Part shown: in pieces, positions 10,580 through 21,979 of the stretch
How the letters are laid out: the number at the start of each line of letters is the position of its first letter
Numbering within the stretch: the first letter of the stretch is position 1
Sequence record: LR535908.1
Reading direction: 5' to 3' (one strand)
Length of the DNA stretch: 64,000 bases
Notes under the pieces: model-generated
Database searches by the model: none
Seen by the model: the letters and a program-made list of their open reading frames with translations, nothing else
What the model was told of the DNA's origin: nothing
Made by a program: the position numbers and the translations under genes

Positions 10580-13039
10580 CGCATGAAGCGGAAGTTCATT
10601 CTAAACTTAACGAAGCCACCTACTGTGTCGTGGAGCCAGTGGTCAACTTCATTAAATCGTTGGCGTTGTCGGGAGAGTTTTCTCAATTGCTGGTCGTTTA
10701 CTATCCTTTGTTATTGGATGAACCCTCTGAAGGCATGGATGAGGAACACAAAAATCGACAGCGTATTATCTTTAACATGATGTTTCGTTTAACGGCGTAT
10801 AAAGCGCTTGGTTTACAAACGGTGCGATTAAAAGACCATGAAGAACTGGTGCCGGATGTGAAGAAAGGTTCGAAGGCACCATATCCGATGCAGGTTATTC
10901 CATGCGATCTAACCGACGGGGATTTGGATTATACTTTCCTTTATGCTGCGATTACCCGCATCATGGATTTAATGAATCGGTATATCGAAATGGTGTGGGA
11001 TCATGCCAGATTGATTATCAATGCCGTCTCACCCGAAAAAGGATTATTGCGTCGTTACTGGGCTATTGCACGTTTAGCGGAATTGGAAAAAGAGCAAGCT
11101 GAGTTGCTCAAAGAACACCGACGCGAAGCGAAGCTCGATGCGTACACTTCCGCTCGTGAACGGTTTCGTCAAATGGAAGATCTGGTATCGGAAATGAACA
11201 TCTCCGTTAACAACGTCGTGGTTCGCGAGTTGTTAAACCAAACCACCCAACTGCAACAAACCAAAGAAGCAATCGAACGTTTCCAAAAAGGCTACGAACT
11301 AGACGGGGCTAACCGTCGACTGATAGAATACCGCAGACAAGCCAATGAGCTGGAACGCGCCGCAGTAGGTAATGTTGATGGTGCGCTGAGTCAGAAAATT
11401 GAACACATCCGTTCACAACTGTATCTGCGTCAATCGGCGAAGCTTGCAACAGCGGAACGGGAATGGCAAGAGGCTGTTGCGCGGGATCGTTATGGTGCCA
11501 TTGCACGTGCCTTTACCGAAGAGTTAGATTCGGCCATGAACCATCCCGTTGTCGGTTTGTTTTTCCGTAAACTGCAGGAGCTGGATATCTTCACCACGTA
11601 GATTGAAGAGGACGTCCGCAGCCTACGTACGATTCGCGAAATCGTCATGTCGTATTCCAATGAAGGTTGGAAGAAGCAGCTGAAAGACGAAATGGATAGT
11701 CTTTTGCGTGACCGCAAAGACCGTTTCCGTCCTGGGATTCGTAAGTCGTTACCTGAAATTGAAAAGGCCATCAACGATATATACCACGACCGTCAACACT
11801 TCTTAGAAACTGCAGAAGTTGATTGTCCACAGTGTAACCATTTAACCTCTGCGGGTCTATCTGAAAAGCTGCAACGTTGTGAGAACGTGCTACACGGTTT
11901 GGACCAGTTAAAGACAACAGATCGCCTGGGAGCGTTAGAGAAGCGTTTACAGGGTATGGATAGCATTCAGAACGCGTTAAACGATGCGTGTAACTGGAAT
12001 TTACCGTTGTCCATGCATCCAACGTTCCAACAGAACTGGATGTTCCCGGCTCTGTTTGAAGGTACCCGCATTGATGTGGATCTGATGCGCAACCATACCG
12101 GTCTAAAACAAACAATCGACAGCTTAAAACAGGAACTGGAATGCAACATGTACAATAAAGAGTTGTCACAGCTACTGGATGAGGAGTCGCGTCAAGCGTT
12201 TAACGAGTTTCAAAGTCGTGTGGTTGCCTGGCGTGAGCAAGCTGCCTCTGCTGAAACTGTGCAACCGGCTGTAAAACTCATTATGGAACGTTATGGCGTT
12301 CTGCCTTCTGACGAACTGACGAGACCCGGTTTAGATAACGCCGTTTCGGTTGATAGTATCCGGAAACGCATTGCTTCGTTAGAAGTTCGTTTGAAAGAAC
12401 TCGATGCTGAGCTTCAGGAATTAAACCGCACAATTGAAGGACGAAAAATCGGTGAGGCAAAAATGCGCGTCGTTGATGATGAAGAAGATCGTGCACGTTG
12501 TTGCTATCGACGTTTGCGTAAACTCGCTTCCAGTTTAAGTGGGGCCATTGAGCACACCGCCGAAGTTCGTCGTAAATGGTTTACGTTAATGTCAGAATCT
12601 GATCTGACGTACGTTGTTGGAATCACCAAAGAAATCAAAGAGTTAATTAATGGTGAGACCTTATTAACTGACGCCACTATCTCCATCGTAGACTCGGTAA
12701 ACGCCAAAGTTTACAACTCCATGGTGGAGCAATTAACCGTTGAAGTCCTGCGTCGTGGCTCTTCTCTGTCTTGTAGTATCTTCAACATCACTAAAGGTGA
12801 ATTCCGTGAAGGTGGTTCCTACACTAACTACGCGTTAGTTGGGGACGACCGTCTTAAGTACGGCTGCGGTAAAACAAGCCTCCTATCTGTTTTTCTCCCC
12901 TTAGCTCCAGCAAAATCAGATGAAATCGAAACGTTTGATTTCACCCTTAAGTCAACCGTTACCATCATCCTCGGTGGCAAGGCAAACATGCTCAAGGTCG
13001 AACGTATCATTTTGAAAGGATTTACCGGCATGGGGTTAC
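10520..13039 (+). CDS. sbcC: SbcC/Rad50-like SMC-family ATPase, 836 aa (one gene, shown as two ORFs in the track)
   Basis: Reordered MLKVERIILKGFTGMGLHEIETFDFTLKSTVTIILGGNGCGKTSLL (Walker A), long coiled coil, KGSKAQRIIFNMMFRL (signature), YPLLLDEPSEGMD (Walker B), LLVVSHE (H-loop). The track stop at 11599-11601 is a junction chimera. ATG 12988. Confidence 0.92.
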
Positions 13040-13159
13040 CATTTCTTCTTTTTTACGCATGACCTTTTGGATATGAACGACTAATACTTTCTCATTAGAC
13101 ACTCGGACACCGTAAGTTTATTCCGCAATAACTCTCCTCTCTGGAACCCTTCGGGGTTC
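13040..13159 (+). terminator. Intrinsic terminator split across a junction
   Basis: Joining 13159 to 13040 gives TGGAACCC-TTCG-GGGTTCCA-TTTCTTCTTTTTT. Confidence 0.8.
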
Positions 13160-13759
13160 CTGATGCCGGGCGGGCGTGGTATGAATTAACCAAAGAGCGC
13201 ACCGATATTTTTTGGGAATCCGGTCGTAGTGCCGAACTGTTCAAATTCCTGCTTACTGAAACGTTAAAGGTTGTCGATTAACCGTACGAAGAAATCAAAA
13301 CCGGCTATTTAATCCCGATATATCTCGACGGCGTGGCACTAAACACCACTTTGGTCGGTAGCGCTGCTGACGCCTGGGTTGTTGGCCAGCACCAATCGCA
13401 CGTCAATGGCGATTCAATAATGGCTGATACAGTTAACTGGATTTCTGATGAGTTGACGGGAACCACTGCATTAGATTTGGCTGGTTCGGTGGAGCAACCT
13501 AAACGTTTGGTTTTCTTCTTCGAAGCGTGGTTTGCTCTACCTATTGCAGAACGTAACCCTAACAATACGATCTTTACCGTGGAATACCCGCGATTGGTGA
13601 AGTGGTTTAAAGAAGCACTGCCGCGTAGCTGGGAACAGCCGAATCGTCAGGATACCAAACTGCGTATCAATCTGATGGAAGAAGAAGTCGAAGGGTTTCT
13701 AAACATGAACGAGATTACCCTGATTCGTTTCATCGACGACATGGTGACGTGTCAGAAAG
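13100..13759 (+). CDS. Hypothetical protein (~210 aa)
   Basis: ATG near 13705 (MNEITLIRFIDDMVTCQK), with RBS AAGGA rebuilt across the junction; stop near 13130. Confidence 0.6.
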
Positions 13760-14359
13760 TGGGGCTGTAAATACGAGAGGTAGCCTACGGGCTACCTTCT
13801 TTTTTTGTTGAAGAAGGATTGTACGAACCGTATGCAATGATTCGTGGCCGTAAGGTCCCAATCATTTCCCTTATGCATATACAACTCTCTACCGGTGACC
13901 GTATTCCGGCCTGTGAGTTATTCGAAACTAACGCACAAAAAGACAACACCGTCGACCACGTATTAGTGAATAACTTCTGGGGCGACCAAATTGAAGTCTA
14001 AGTATACCGCAAAGGTTGGTACGCCGCAGCCACTTATTGCAACACCCCTGAAGGTCGTGATGCTACGTTGAATGCCCCACAGCTACGTCCGTACTATCGG
14101 ATGCTTCATGCGGGTTATGGCACCGACTGGCCAGCAGAAGCAACCGTATTGATTAACAGCATCCACAGCGAATGGTTAGCCCGTGCCATTCTTTCTACTG
14201 GTTGGAAGTTGAAGTTGTTAGGCGAGTTAACCCTCAATCACATTCTCGACGATACCCGTTCTTCTTTCTTTACTCAGATGAACGTTAACCCTGAACGTAT
14301 TAGCCGCAGGGTCCTTTTTAATCGACTATTACTCGTAAGGATTAAGCAAATGAACATGA
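13760..14359 (+). CDS. Hypothetical protein (~185 aa)
   Basis: ATG 14350 (MNMNILDDTRSSFF...); joins track ORFs 14068 and 13819; stop 13768-13770. Confidence 0.6.
13778..13807 (+). terminator. Intrinsic terminator
   Basis: AGGTAGCC-TACG-GGCTACCT followed by a T tract. Confidence 0.85.
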
Positions 14360-14419
14360 ATGTTATAACGTGAGATGACGACCCATCTCACTTTGGCCCT
14401 GCGGTGATTTCCCCAACAC

Positions 14420-14839
14420 AGCAAGGGGTGGTGCGTGGTTCAGTAGCGCTCGACCAGTAACCGAAAAGTTTTCAGACAGCGCTTCGCGCGTCGCTCGCTT
14501 ACAATACGAAAACCAAACAACGCCTCCTGGTTATTGAACTCTTGTTGAACTCAAAGGCACAAGAGATTGTGCCAGTAGAGACAATAACGTGCGACCCGAA
14601 CGACGAGTATATCCTGGTCCACGCAAAGGGCGAGGAAACTTGTCCGGCTGGTTACTACTACCCGCCCTCATTCGAAGTCTGTACTGGCGACGATGGCAGA
14701 TGTGAAGAAGTCAGCCGTCCTTCTGCTTCAGCTACAACCAGCGTAGAAGATTTACTGCCAGGCACACTGTATCAGTACATTAAGTAAGGAAACAACATGC
14801 GTGGACTTATGGGTATTATCGCGGCGGTGTTCTTGACCG
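14420..14839 (+). CDS. Exported 4-Cys protein, paralog 1 of a tandem family
   Basis: MRGLMGIIAAVFLTASASA|TTSVED...VCTGDDGRCEEVSRHDEYILVHAKGEETCPAGYYFLLN...TCDP; ATG 14797. Confidence 0.7.
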
Positions 14840-15259
14840 GACGGTTATCATGTACGACCCTACGATTAAGAAAAACGTGGGCATCAATAAACTCGACTTC
14901 CAAGCCTGTAGCGGTGAAGCCGTTGCTGAGTTTACTCGCGACCCAGGTGATAATGCCCTTGAATACGGGGTTATTAACATGGCAACAGGTCAGGCCGAAT
15001 CCATGAACTACAATGATAAGTCCGATAACAACCGTTACCTGTTAGTGAAAACGATGGGCGGTGTCGCATGTGGCGACCCCGGGCCGTTCTGGTGCCAGAA
15101 CTCTGACGTACAAGGCGGTAGCTGTCAGATCGTTGCGATCTTCTTCGCTCGCGCTGGAAGTATCGAGTTACCAAAAGTTGTTAACGATCACGAATACGGT
15201 TGAGGTACTATTATGAAACATTTTTTATTACCAGTTTTACTTGCTACTCTGGCCATTAG
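14780..15259 (+). CDS. Exported 4-Cys protein, paralog 2
   Basis: MKHFLLPVLLATLAISFFARA|GS...PFWCQNSDVQGGSCQIVAMSDNNRYLLVKTMGGVACGDPEYGVIN...ACSG; ATG 15213. Confidence 0.7.
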
Positions 15260-15799
15260 GCTATGTACTACGGTATGGAAACCATCAAAACAATCGACTA
15301 TTCAGAATAACTCAAAAAAAGCAAAGATTTCAGGGCCGGTTTTGTACAGCGACCGGATACCAAAACTCTGGCCTCCATCAATGGTGACGCGTTATGGCTT
15401 ATCCCTAATCGTGATGAACTATCAGTGGAGAAAATTTGCGTACACCGTCCTGGCGATAAAGATTGCCCAGGTGGTTGGTGGGGTGCAGTCGACCGTCACA
15501 AGCTGCTTAAGAAACAGTGTCGTGTAGTTGACATATCCTTCAACGGTCGTGTCGCTATCATTCCAGCATATACCCGCACCATCAATCTTAATGATAAGCC
15601 GTTCTGGTGCAATGCGCGTCGGATTTCTAAGGCACGCGCTGACGAATTCAGCGGGTTCCAGGGCAGTATTAACGGCAGCCGCCACTTGGCCAAAGTGGTG
15701 CTTTTTACTGTGCTGTTGATGGCAGTTGTTGTTGGGCTATCGTCGGTCGCATCACCCTCAATCGTGGAGATATCAAAAATGAAATGCAATAACGTTAAT
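15260..15799 (+). CDS. Exported 4-Cys protein, paralog 3
   Basis: MKCNNVNRHLAKVVLFTVLLMAVVVGLRISKARA|DEF...PFWCNARKLLKKQCRVVDISFNGRVAIVHRPGDKDCPGGWWGAVD...ICSK; ATG 15779. Confidence 0.7.
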
Positions 15800-16159
15800 G
15801 TGTATCGCCACTGGAATTACCGAATTTGGTTGCTGTGAGCTTTTATCACAACGATGTGCTGAAAATGTATCAGCGGTTAATCGACATATCGTGCAATCAA
15901 CCAAAAGTCACCTCGGTCAAAATCTACAGACTGACGGACGGTAAGAACTGCACAGGGCTGGTTATCGCTGATAAGAAATCGGATTATGGCATTGCGCCGA
16001 ATGAAAAACCCGAACTGATGCGTGAGGTCGAACAGTTACGTATTGCAGCAACTTATGCTTTCGATAAGCCAGACGTGACTGAATACACATCAGCTGATTT
16101 AGAGTAAAACATGACTATCAAGAAGTTCTTACAAGCAGTAGTAGTTCTGGCCGCATGTG
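15740..16159 (+). CDS. Exported 2-Cys protein, divergent paralog 4
   Basis: MTIKKFLQAVVVLAACGIAATYA|FD...IYRLTDGKNCTGLVIADKKLKMYQRLIDISCNQP; ATG 16111. Confidence 0.6.
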
Positions 16160-16176
16160 AAGAGATTAACTCAACT

Positions 16177-16205
16177 GGCTACCCTCGGGTAGCCTATTCT
16201 TTTTT
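16177..16205 (+). terminator. Intrinsic terminator
   Basis: GGCTACC-CTCG-GGTAGCC followed by TATTCTTTTTT. Confidence 0.8.
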
Positions 16206-16219
16206 AAACCAATCGACTA

Positions 16220-16879
16220 TTCTTAACACAACCTTCACATTGTAAAATATCTCAGATATATATTACCTAGGTGAGAGTTAACTGGTGGACTTTACGCCTG
16301 CAAATATGCAAATCGCTAAGCGCGCGTTGGGTTTTCGTAATTGGCGACACAAAATCGAAGTGCTTCACAAGCTTTACGATTTATCGATCGTTCAAATCAG
16401 AGCACAGTTGCCGAGACTAGGCGAGATACCAACGACGATAGAGCTGCACCAAAAAACAGGGCTGATGGTCACGGAAGGCACTCCAACTATAAACGGTAAA
16501 GTCCACCATCGCTTACTTGAAAAGATAAACGTCAAAACTTTTATGGAATACGCTAAGCGAAATAACTACATCGATGCGCAAAGTGGTAAGGCGGCGGGAC
16601 ACATCATTTACGAATACTTTCGCAGCATTCTATACGAGGATTCACGTGGGAACGAAGTGGTCTCTGCGATTTTCATCGATAAGGTTATTCCGGACTCGGG
16701 GCTTGACGTAAGTGGGTTAATAACTTCTGCGCAGCACGGGGACAAGGTCATTACAATGCTGCAAGAGAACAGGTTAGAAGACCTGCACGTAATGCGTAGT
16801 CGTGGCTTGTTCCCAGTGGTTTTTACACTTAACTCAAATTAATTTGAGGTGTGGTATATGACAGAACGTATTTTACGAC
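16220..16879 (+). CDS. Hypothetical protein (~195 aa)
   Basis: RBS GAGGT + ATG 16858 (MTERILRLQENRLEDL...), stop 16243-16245. Confidence 0.6.
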
Positions 16880-17479
16880 CGAAACGTTGAGTGTGTAGTT
16901 TATCTCCAGTAACCACGAGGGTTACTGGAGTCCTCTTATAGGCCCGCACACGCCGGTAACTGTTTATCACACATTTCACCCAGCGCGCATCACTTTCATC
17001 AGTGGGATATATGACCATCTGTTGCTGAGCGGATACGATGGCGCAATACACGCAGCCGATCACCAACACCCTAAAGAGTTTGACAAATTACCTCTGTGGG
17101 CATCGGTGGCGTATAACTGAACGAATGAGTGGGAGCGTATCCAAGAGCGTCATCCTGAAAAGGGTTTAATGGAAATTTATATTCTTTCCCCGCATCAATA
17201 CCAGACAGTGGCACAGAAGAAAGGGAGGCTGCTCACTGACACCAATCCGTTTATCAACGATCCAACCGACCCATTTGTCGACATGGGTAATTTCCGCGAG
17301 CCTGCCGAAATCGTTAAAGCGAATCCCAGCTGGCTAATCAACCACGTTTCTTTGGAAATTAAACCTTTTGCTGAAGCCAACCTGTCGCGTTCACAGGTTG
17401 TTTATAAAGACATCGATGTGCTTAACATACCACTTTAAAGGAGCTTTATGATGAAACTCGAAGGCTACGTTGTTACTGA
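16880..17479 (+). CDS. Hypothetical protein with a degenerate ADP-ribosyltransferase-like (ART-PolyVal-like) C-terminal motif (~175 aa)
   Basis: RBS AAGGAG + ATG 17448; ...VSLEITNPF...HLLLSGYDGAIHAAEGPHTPVTVYHTFHPARI resembles V.L.I.NP...L...GYDG...Y.VF.P.QI; the N-terminal HG motif was not seen. Confidence 0.45.
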
Positions 17480-18019
17480 GTGTGCCTATTGAGCCCATTT
17501 TACACTTCTTTGAAAGCCAAACCTGCCATCTTGTAGAAACGTTTCTTAGCGAAGTCGAGGCCGGATTAAAGCAGGACGTAATCGTTTATAATCTCGGCGG
17601 CGACGACGGGGAAACAACGATTACTCTTTCCTCGTCAGAGAGTGAACTCGCAACCGAATATATTCGTATCAGTAAAACCGTACCGACCGTTTTGCGTTTA
17701 CAGGATGTGTCTGGTAGTATCGCCAACTATCTTGCGCGTAAAGTCCGTACACCGCTACTGGAGGTTACACTCCCGCCAGGCTTGTCGACCTTACTGAGCT
17801 GCATTTGCTGTGGCGTCAGTGAGCTTGATCCCAATCTATTGTTCCTTTATAGCGATAAAGCCAAACAGATCAAGGGGATATTTGAACGCAAAACGACAAA
17901 CGATCCGGAGTGGGAAGGAGTTGAAAGTGATTTACCGGATAACCCCGACCAGCTGCTGGGTGAATGTATGTTCCGTTTACTAGAAATTCGAAACGATATC
18001 TGGCAAGAGCACATCCGCA
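17420..18019 (+). CDS. Hypothetical protein (~185 aa)
   Basis: ATG near 17968 (MFRLLEIRNDIWQEHIR), with RBS AAGGTG rebuilt across the junction. Confidence 0.55.
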
Positions 18020-18619
18020 CGCGTTACCTTACCGAAGAACACGGTTTCCGTAACCACCGCGGTATTTACATTGCGTAAGTAGCCGAAGGTCAGGAATTGC
18101 ATCTGGTTTGCTACACCCCATCCGTTGAGCACACCTATGCGCAAGATACGTTACAGCAGAACGGCGGGATGGATTGGCTAAACGTCATGTTACCGGGCCG
18201 TTTTACGAAAAGCGAAGACGACAGTAACCCAGCGCATATTGTTCAGCCACTAACGCTGTTGGTTGCTTTTGACTTACCACGCACGGTACTAGTAGATGGT
18301 TCCCGCCCGGCTATTCTTCTAGATACCGATATTGGACTGTTACGTCGTTATAAATCATCCTACGAACAGAAAGCGAAGGACGTCACCACCGATAACGACG
18401 CCCGTCTAGTGATGTTGTATAACGTGATGGCTACCGTACAAGAAGCAGACTTCGTGGTATTCCAACGCGAAGGTGTTCCGATGATGGTGTTCGTAAAACA
18501 ACTGACCCGCCGCTATCGCGTGAAAGCCCCACGGGTAGTAGAAGGTTGCGAGAAATACAGTAAAGAGTATTTAACCATGCCACAACCAATTATTGAACAA
18601 CATGAAATGAACTACGAAG
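18020..18619 (+). CDS. Hypothetical protein (~190 aa)
   Basis: ATG near 18577 (MPQPIIEQHEMNYE), stop 18076-18078. Confidence 0.55.
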
Positions 18620-19939
18620 ATTTGCGTTTACTGTAATCTCGTCATCGGGGGTCTTGTACCCCCTTCTTATTTTTTAACCGTGTTAACAATGGCTGGAAAG
18701 AAGTGACTAAGTACGGCCGTCAACTGTTGTTTGTCGCAGGGGATGCGTGGGGTACCAGCGAACTGAAACAGTGGCATTACGACGCTATCATCAAATGGGC
18801 AGATTCTGAAATGCGCTCCGTTGCCGAACCTGCTTATTTGATGTCGGCGAAGGCGGTACTCTGGATACAGGTGTCAGGAACGCTGCAGCGTGTGAACAGT
18901 TCCGTTGTTTCTCGCCTGCGTGAAAATGACACGGCCTGGGTGTTTGACTGTCGACCGACAAATACAATATCGCCTGCGTTCCGCGAAGTTATCCAATCGG
19001 AAATACTGTTAAGCATCTATAAGCGTAAGACCCCGGCCAACTATAAGGTCGAAAAAGGCGATGTGGTTAATGAGAAGGTCGTCACCCTTCTTAACGTTTT
19101 GTTAGACGCCGATGTTTGGTCAGTAATGCCGATAACAGAGCCAGGAAACCTTAAAGATTATGATGGCAATACGATGTTCTGGACATCTGATGAAAACGCT
19201 AACCATTATTTCGGTGAGAAACCTGTGGAAATTGACGAAGACACCAAAGAAGCACTGCGTGATCTAGTCACCATAGCCAGGAATAGAGCGGTAAGCAAGC
19301 GCAGATTCTACACGAAAAACGCACCGCGTGAAGCAGCCAATGCGGAAGTGTTGGTGCAGCAGTTCCCCGAATTCACTGCGTACCAAATTACTACCGTATA
19401 GCTGAATACAGGGTTTAATGAGAAATTACAAAACTTTAATTCAGAGCGACTCGATGTTGTGTTCGAGTTAACACCTGACATGCCGGCACTAAGCGATAGC
19501 AACTGGTGGACTGGCGGAGTTGCTGAGGGTAACACAATGTGGGTGCACTACATTCTTACTCTGCTGACCGGTAAACCGGCATTCGAAGGGGATTCGCGGG
19601 TAGCTTACCTATCGGGTAATCAAAACATCGGACGCGCCATAAAGTGCCGTTTAGGCCACCACGTCTCTGACTTAGCGCCGTGGGTTGAGTTAACCATGAC
19701 GTACCTGCCACAAAAGCTCTCAACCGTTGTCGAAAAGCGGCTGCTTGACAAAGGGGAAGTGGGAATGCAGTTCAGTATTCGGAGTATGGCTTACAGCGAC
19801 GTAACGTGGCAGGATTGTGTTTACCAGACACCGAAAGAAGCATTCTTTAATGCAGTAATTACTAACTCAATTGTACTGTTTTTTGGTCACTTTAGTGTAC
19901 TTTAAAGGAAATACCAAATGTATAACGAATACGAATTAG
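18620..19939 (+). CDS. Hypothetical protein (~430 aa; one gene, two ORFs in the track)
   Basis: ATG 19918 (MYNEYEL...); the track stop at 19399-19401 is a junction chimera; true stop 18634-18636. Confidence 0.6.
18647..18675 (+). terminator. Intrinsic terminator
   Basis: GGGGGT-CTTGT-ACCCCC followed by TTCTTATTTTTT. Confidence 0.7.
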
Positions 19940-20479
19940 TTAGTGAGCATTGTGTATAAACCCACAGTCGCTTAAACACCAACTGTTCTTTAGTAACAGT
20001 GGCTATCGATGACTGCGTCGTGCTGGTCGTATACTAAGTTTTTACAGATAGATGTCATCGTCAGTTTGAAAAAGGGATGCGTTACCAGCGGTTAAGTAAC
20101 GACTACGCATTACTGAATCACGAACTGTTTACGGGGGTAGTGCAAAGCGCGGTATACGCCATGCCGACTGAACAATTAATCTTTGCTAACAATCAAAGAA
20201 TGCGCTTTTACAAAGTCGGGGAAGTAGACCAATTCTACGATGATGCAGACAGTGCCTTTACTGCGTTACAGAAAGCCAGTAACGGGAAGCTAGACAGCGC
20301 TAACGAGGAGTGCAGTACCATGTCTTTATTTCAAACCATTAAAAGTGCATTAGAGCGTAGAGGTATCCGTAGGATACCGACATCCTTTTTTGTTTTTGTA
20401 GTTGACCTTGACTTTTAACTTGACAATCGAGGAGAGTACGGGGGTAAGGGGGTTTATGTATTGGATGCGAACATAAACG
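19940..20479 (+). CDS. Hypothetical protein
   Basis: Track ORF 20077-20418; ends not firmly determined. Confidence 0.35.
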
Positions 20480-21499
20480 TAGATTTATTCATACCACCCT
20501 CCTCTCATACTACACTTTTTTACGTTTCGATCTCATCGTTGGCACCACGAGGTTTATCTTCCGCGACGATACCTATCGAGAAGATGTGCAACCCTGACTT
20601 TGCATCGACAGCTGTAGGATTAATAAAGTTAACTTCGATAGGGATGACTTTAACTCGAGTTACAGTAAGGTTGTCAGTACCACTTAAACTGTTGTGTTGC
20701 TTCTCTACAGGTGTCTCTGGAGGGTTAACCCGGTTGCTGTTGGACTTCATCCATTTTGCAGTGATGGCATTACCTTGCTAGTACATATCGGTTTCACCGA
20801 TACGCCAGATTCTTACGTAGTCTTCTTTTTTCACATCCGACCAGGCGTATACCCCATCTTCCAGTCGCTTAACGTTACTATTGTTTAAATCTTCCCAGAA
20901 GATATTCAGTACGTAGGCGTTAGAGAGGTCATCGGCCATCTGGTTTACTGGGTCAGCAGACGCGTTTTTCTCACCGTTAGTCATACTGGTGCGTAAAGTA
21001 ACGTGACCATCCATCGGGGTACGCCCTTCGTCATCTACTAACTGGAAAAACCCATCGCGCGTGTTCAATTGAAATAGATCCTTCGATCGGCAGGCGTTTT
21101 CAAACCCTAAGTCATCCTCTGGGGAGTTAAGGTAGAACTTTGTCTCGAGATTAATAGAACGTTTAGCATAAATGAAAGCGTCCTCTTTATTGATATTAAT
21201 CCATGCCATGTTTTTCGACGCTGTAGAGTTGCGAGTTTCGCACTTCTCGTTAATCGTTTCTACTTCCAGGTTGCCGGTAAATAGATTCGTTGGACAATCG
21301 GTCTTCCAGTCTTCAGTCGATTCACTAACCGTGAACGTACCCTTACCTTCACCCTTGCCCTTATAGAGGAAGTCCTTGCCGTTGCCCGGACCATGGCCAG
21401 TATGCAAGTGAAGACTAAAGGTAATACCACCGATGATCGGAGGTTTATTGTCACAATATACAGCTCACACGTAATTAAATTAGTGCGGTGTGCTAGTGT
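20480..21499 (-). CDS. Baseplate central spike (gpV/gp5-like), 310 aa
   Basis: ATG 20492 with RBS GGAGG: MNKSKSGLHIFSIGIVAEDKPRGATRVKVIPIE... (OB-like N-terminus), short beta-strand repeats, and a tip IIGGITFSLHLHTGHGPGNDTSTPH* with the HxH metal-binding motif typical of spike apices. Joins track ORFs 20520 and 20778. Confidence 0.8.
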
Positions 21500-21619
21500 C
21501 TTTTGTGCGAAAAAAGTGGCTAACTGTGTACAAGCGATTCGGGTTATCGTTACAGTTAGTACTTGTACTTCGAGGCATATTAACTGCCCCGACTCGTAAA
21601 TTAGTTGACAATAAACCGG

Positions 21620-21919
21620 ACGAATGCTCATTTACTTATCTCCATTAACAAATGATAGCAGAAGAACCCTATGTTCAACAGAAACCTGAACAGTGCCTGC
21701 TTCTACCAGACCAGAAACGTCGCTGCCTGCGGTGATTTCGCCTTCAGCTTCAGCTTTTTTAGCCAGCGCTTCGGTAACTTCGGTAACGGTGCTCAGTCCG
21801 ATGGCGTTGCCGAACATTTTGTTGTTGCCGCCACAAGCGGTAACTTTGAATGCTACGCCATTGGGAGTAGGGTACCTATATCTTTTTTGCCTGCAGGCCG
21901 ATTACGCGTTTACGTAATA
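21620..21919 (-). CDS. DUF1471 (YdgH/BhsA/McbA-like) domain protein without a signal peptide, 69 aa
   Basis: MSIREITAGSDVSGLVEAGTVQVSGLSTVTEVTEALAKKAEAEGGVAFKVTACGGNNKMFGNAIYYVNA* matches the G.V.VSG...L..KA...G...Y/F.I....N...G.AI.Y pattern; RBS GGAG. Confidence 0.7.
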
Positions 21920-21979
21920 CCGTTTGTTGAAATGCATCGCTACAAAGCAAGAAAAAAATAAAAGGTAAACCCTACTCCC
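21860..21979. terminator. Bidirectional terminator split across a junction
   Basis: Joining 21979 to 21860 gives CCCTACTCCC-ATT-GGGAGTAGGG between convergent genes. Confidence 0.8.

Noticed and set aside
10630-13062. Split SbcC (two ORFs) suggesting a frameshift, intron or intein
   Set aside because: The stop at 11599-11601 straddles a block junction. Reordering gives one continuous 836-aa gene. The same applies to the apparent splits at 5539, 19399, 40999, 42679, 52879, 59298 and 62718.
14360-14539. Possible structured ncRNA (several stems)
   Set aside because: After reordering, most of it is the coding end of exported paralog 1 (stop at 14460). The rest is explained by a short hairpin plus a terminator.
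16259-16266. TATATTAC, matching the phiKZ early-promoter consensus
   Set aside because: Single occurrence noticed. In native order it lies in a 3' UTR with a terminator about 30 nt downstream, so it could not drive the next gene.
16220-16879. GNAT acetyltransferase-like appearance
   Set aside because: Only a vague motif-A resemblance, too weak without a profile search.
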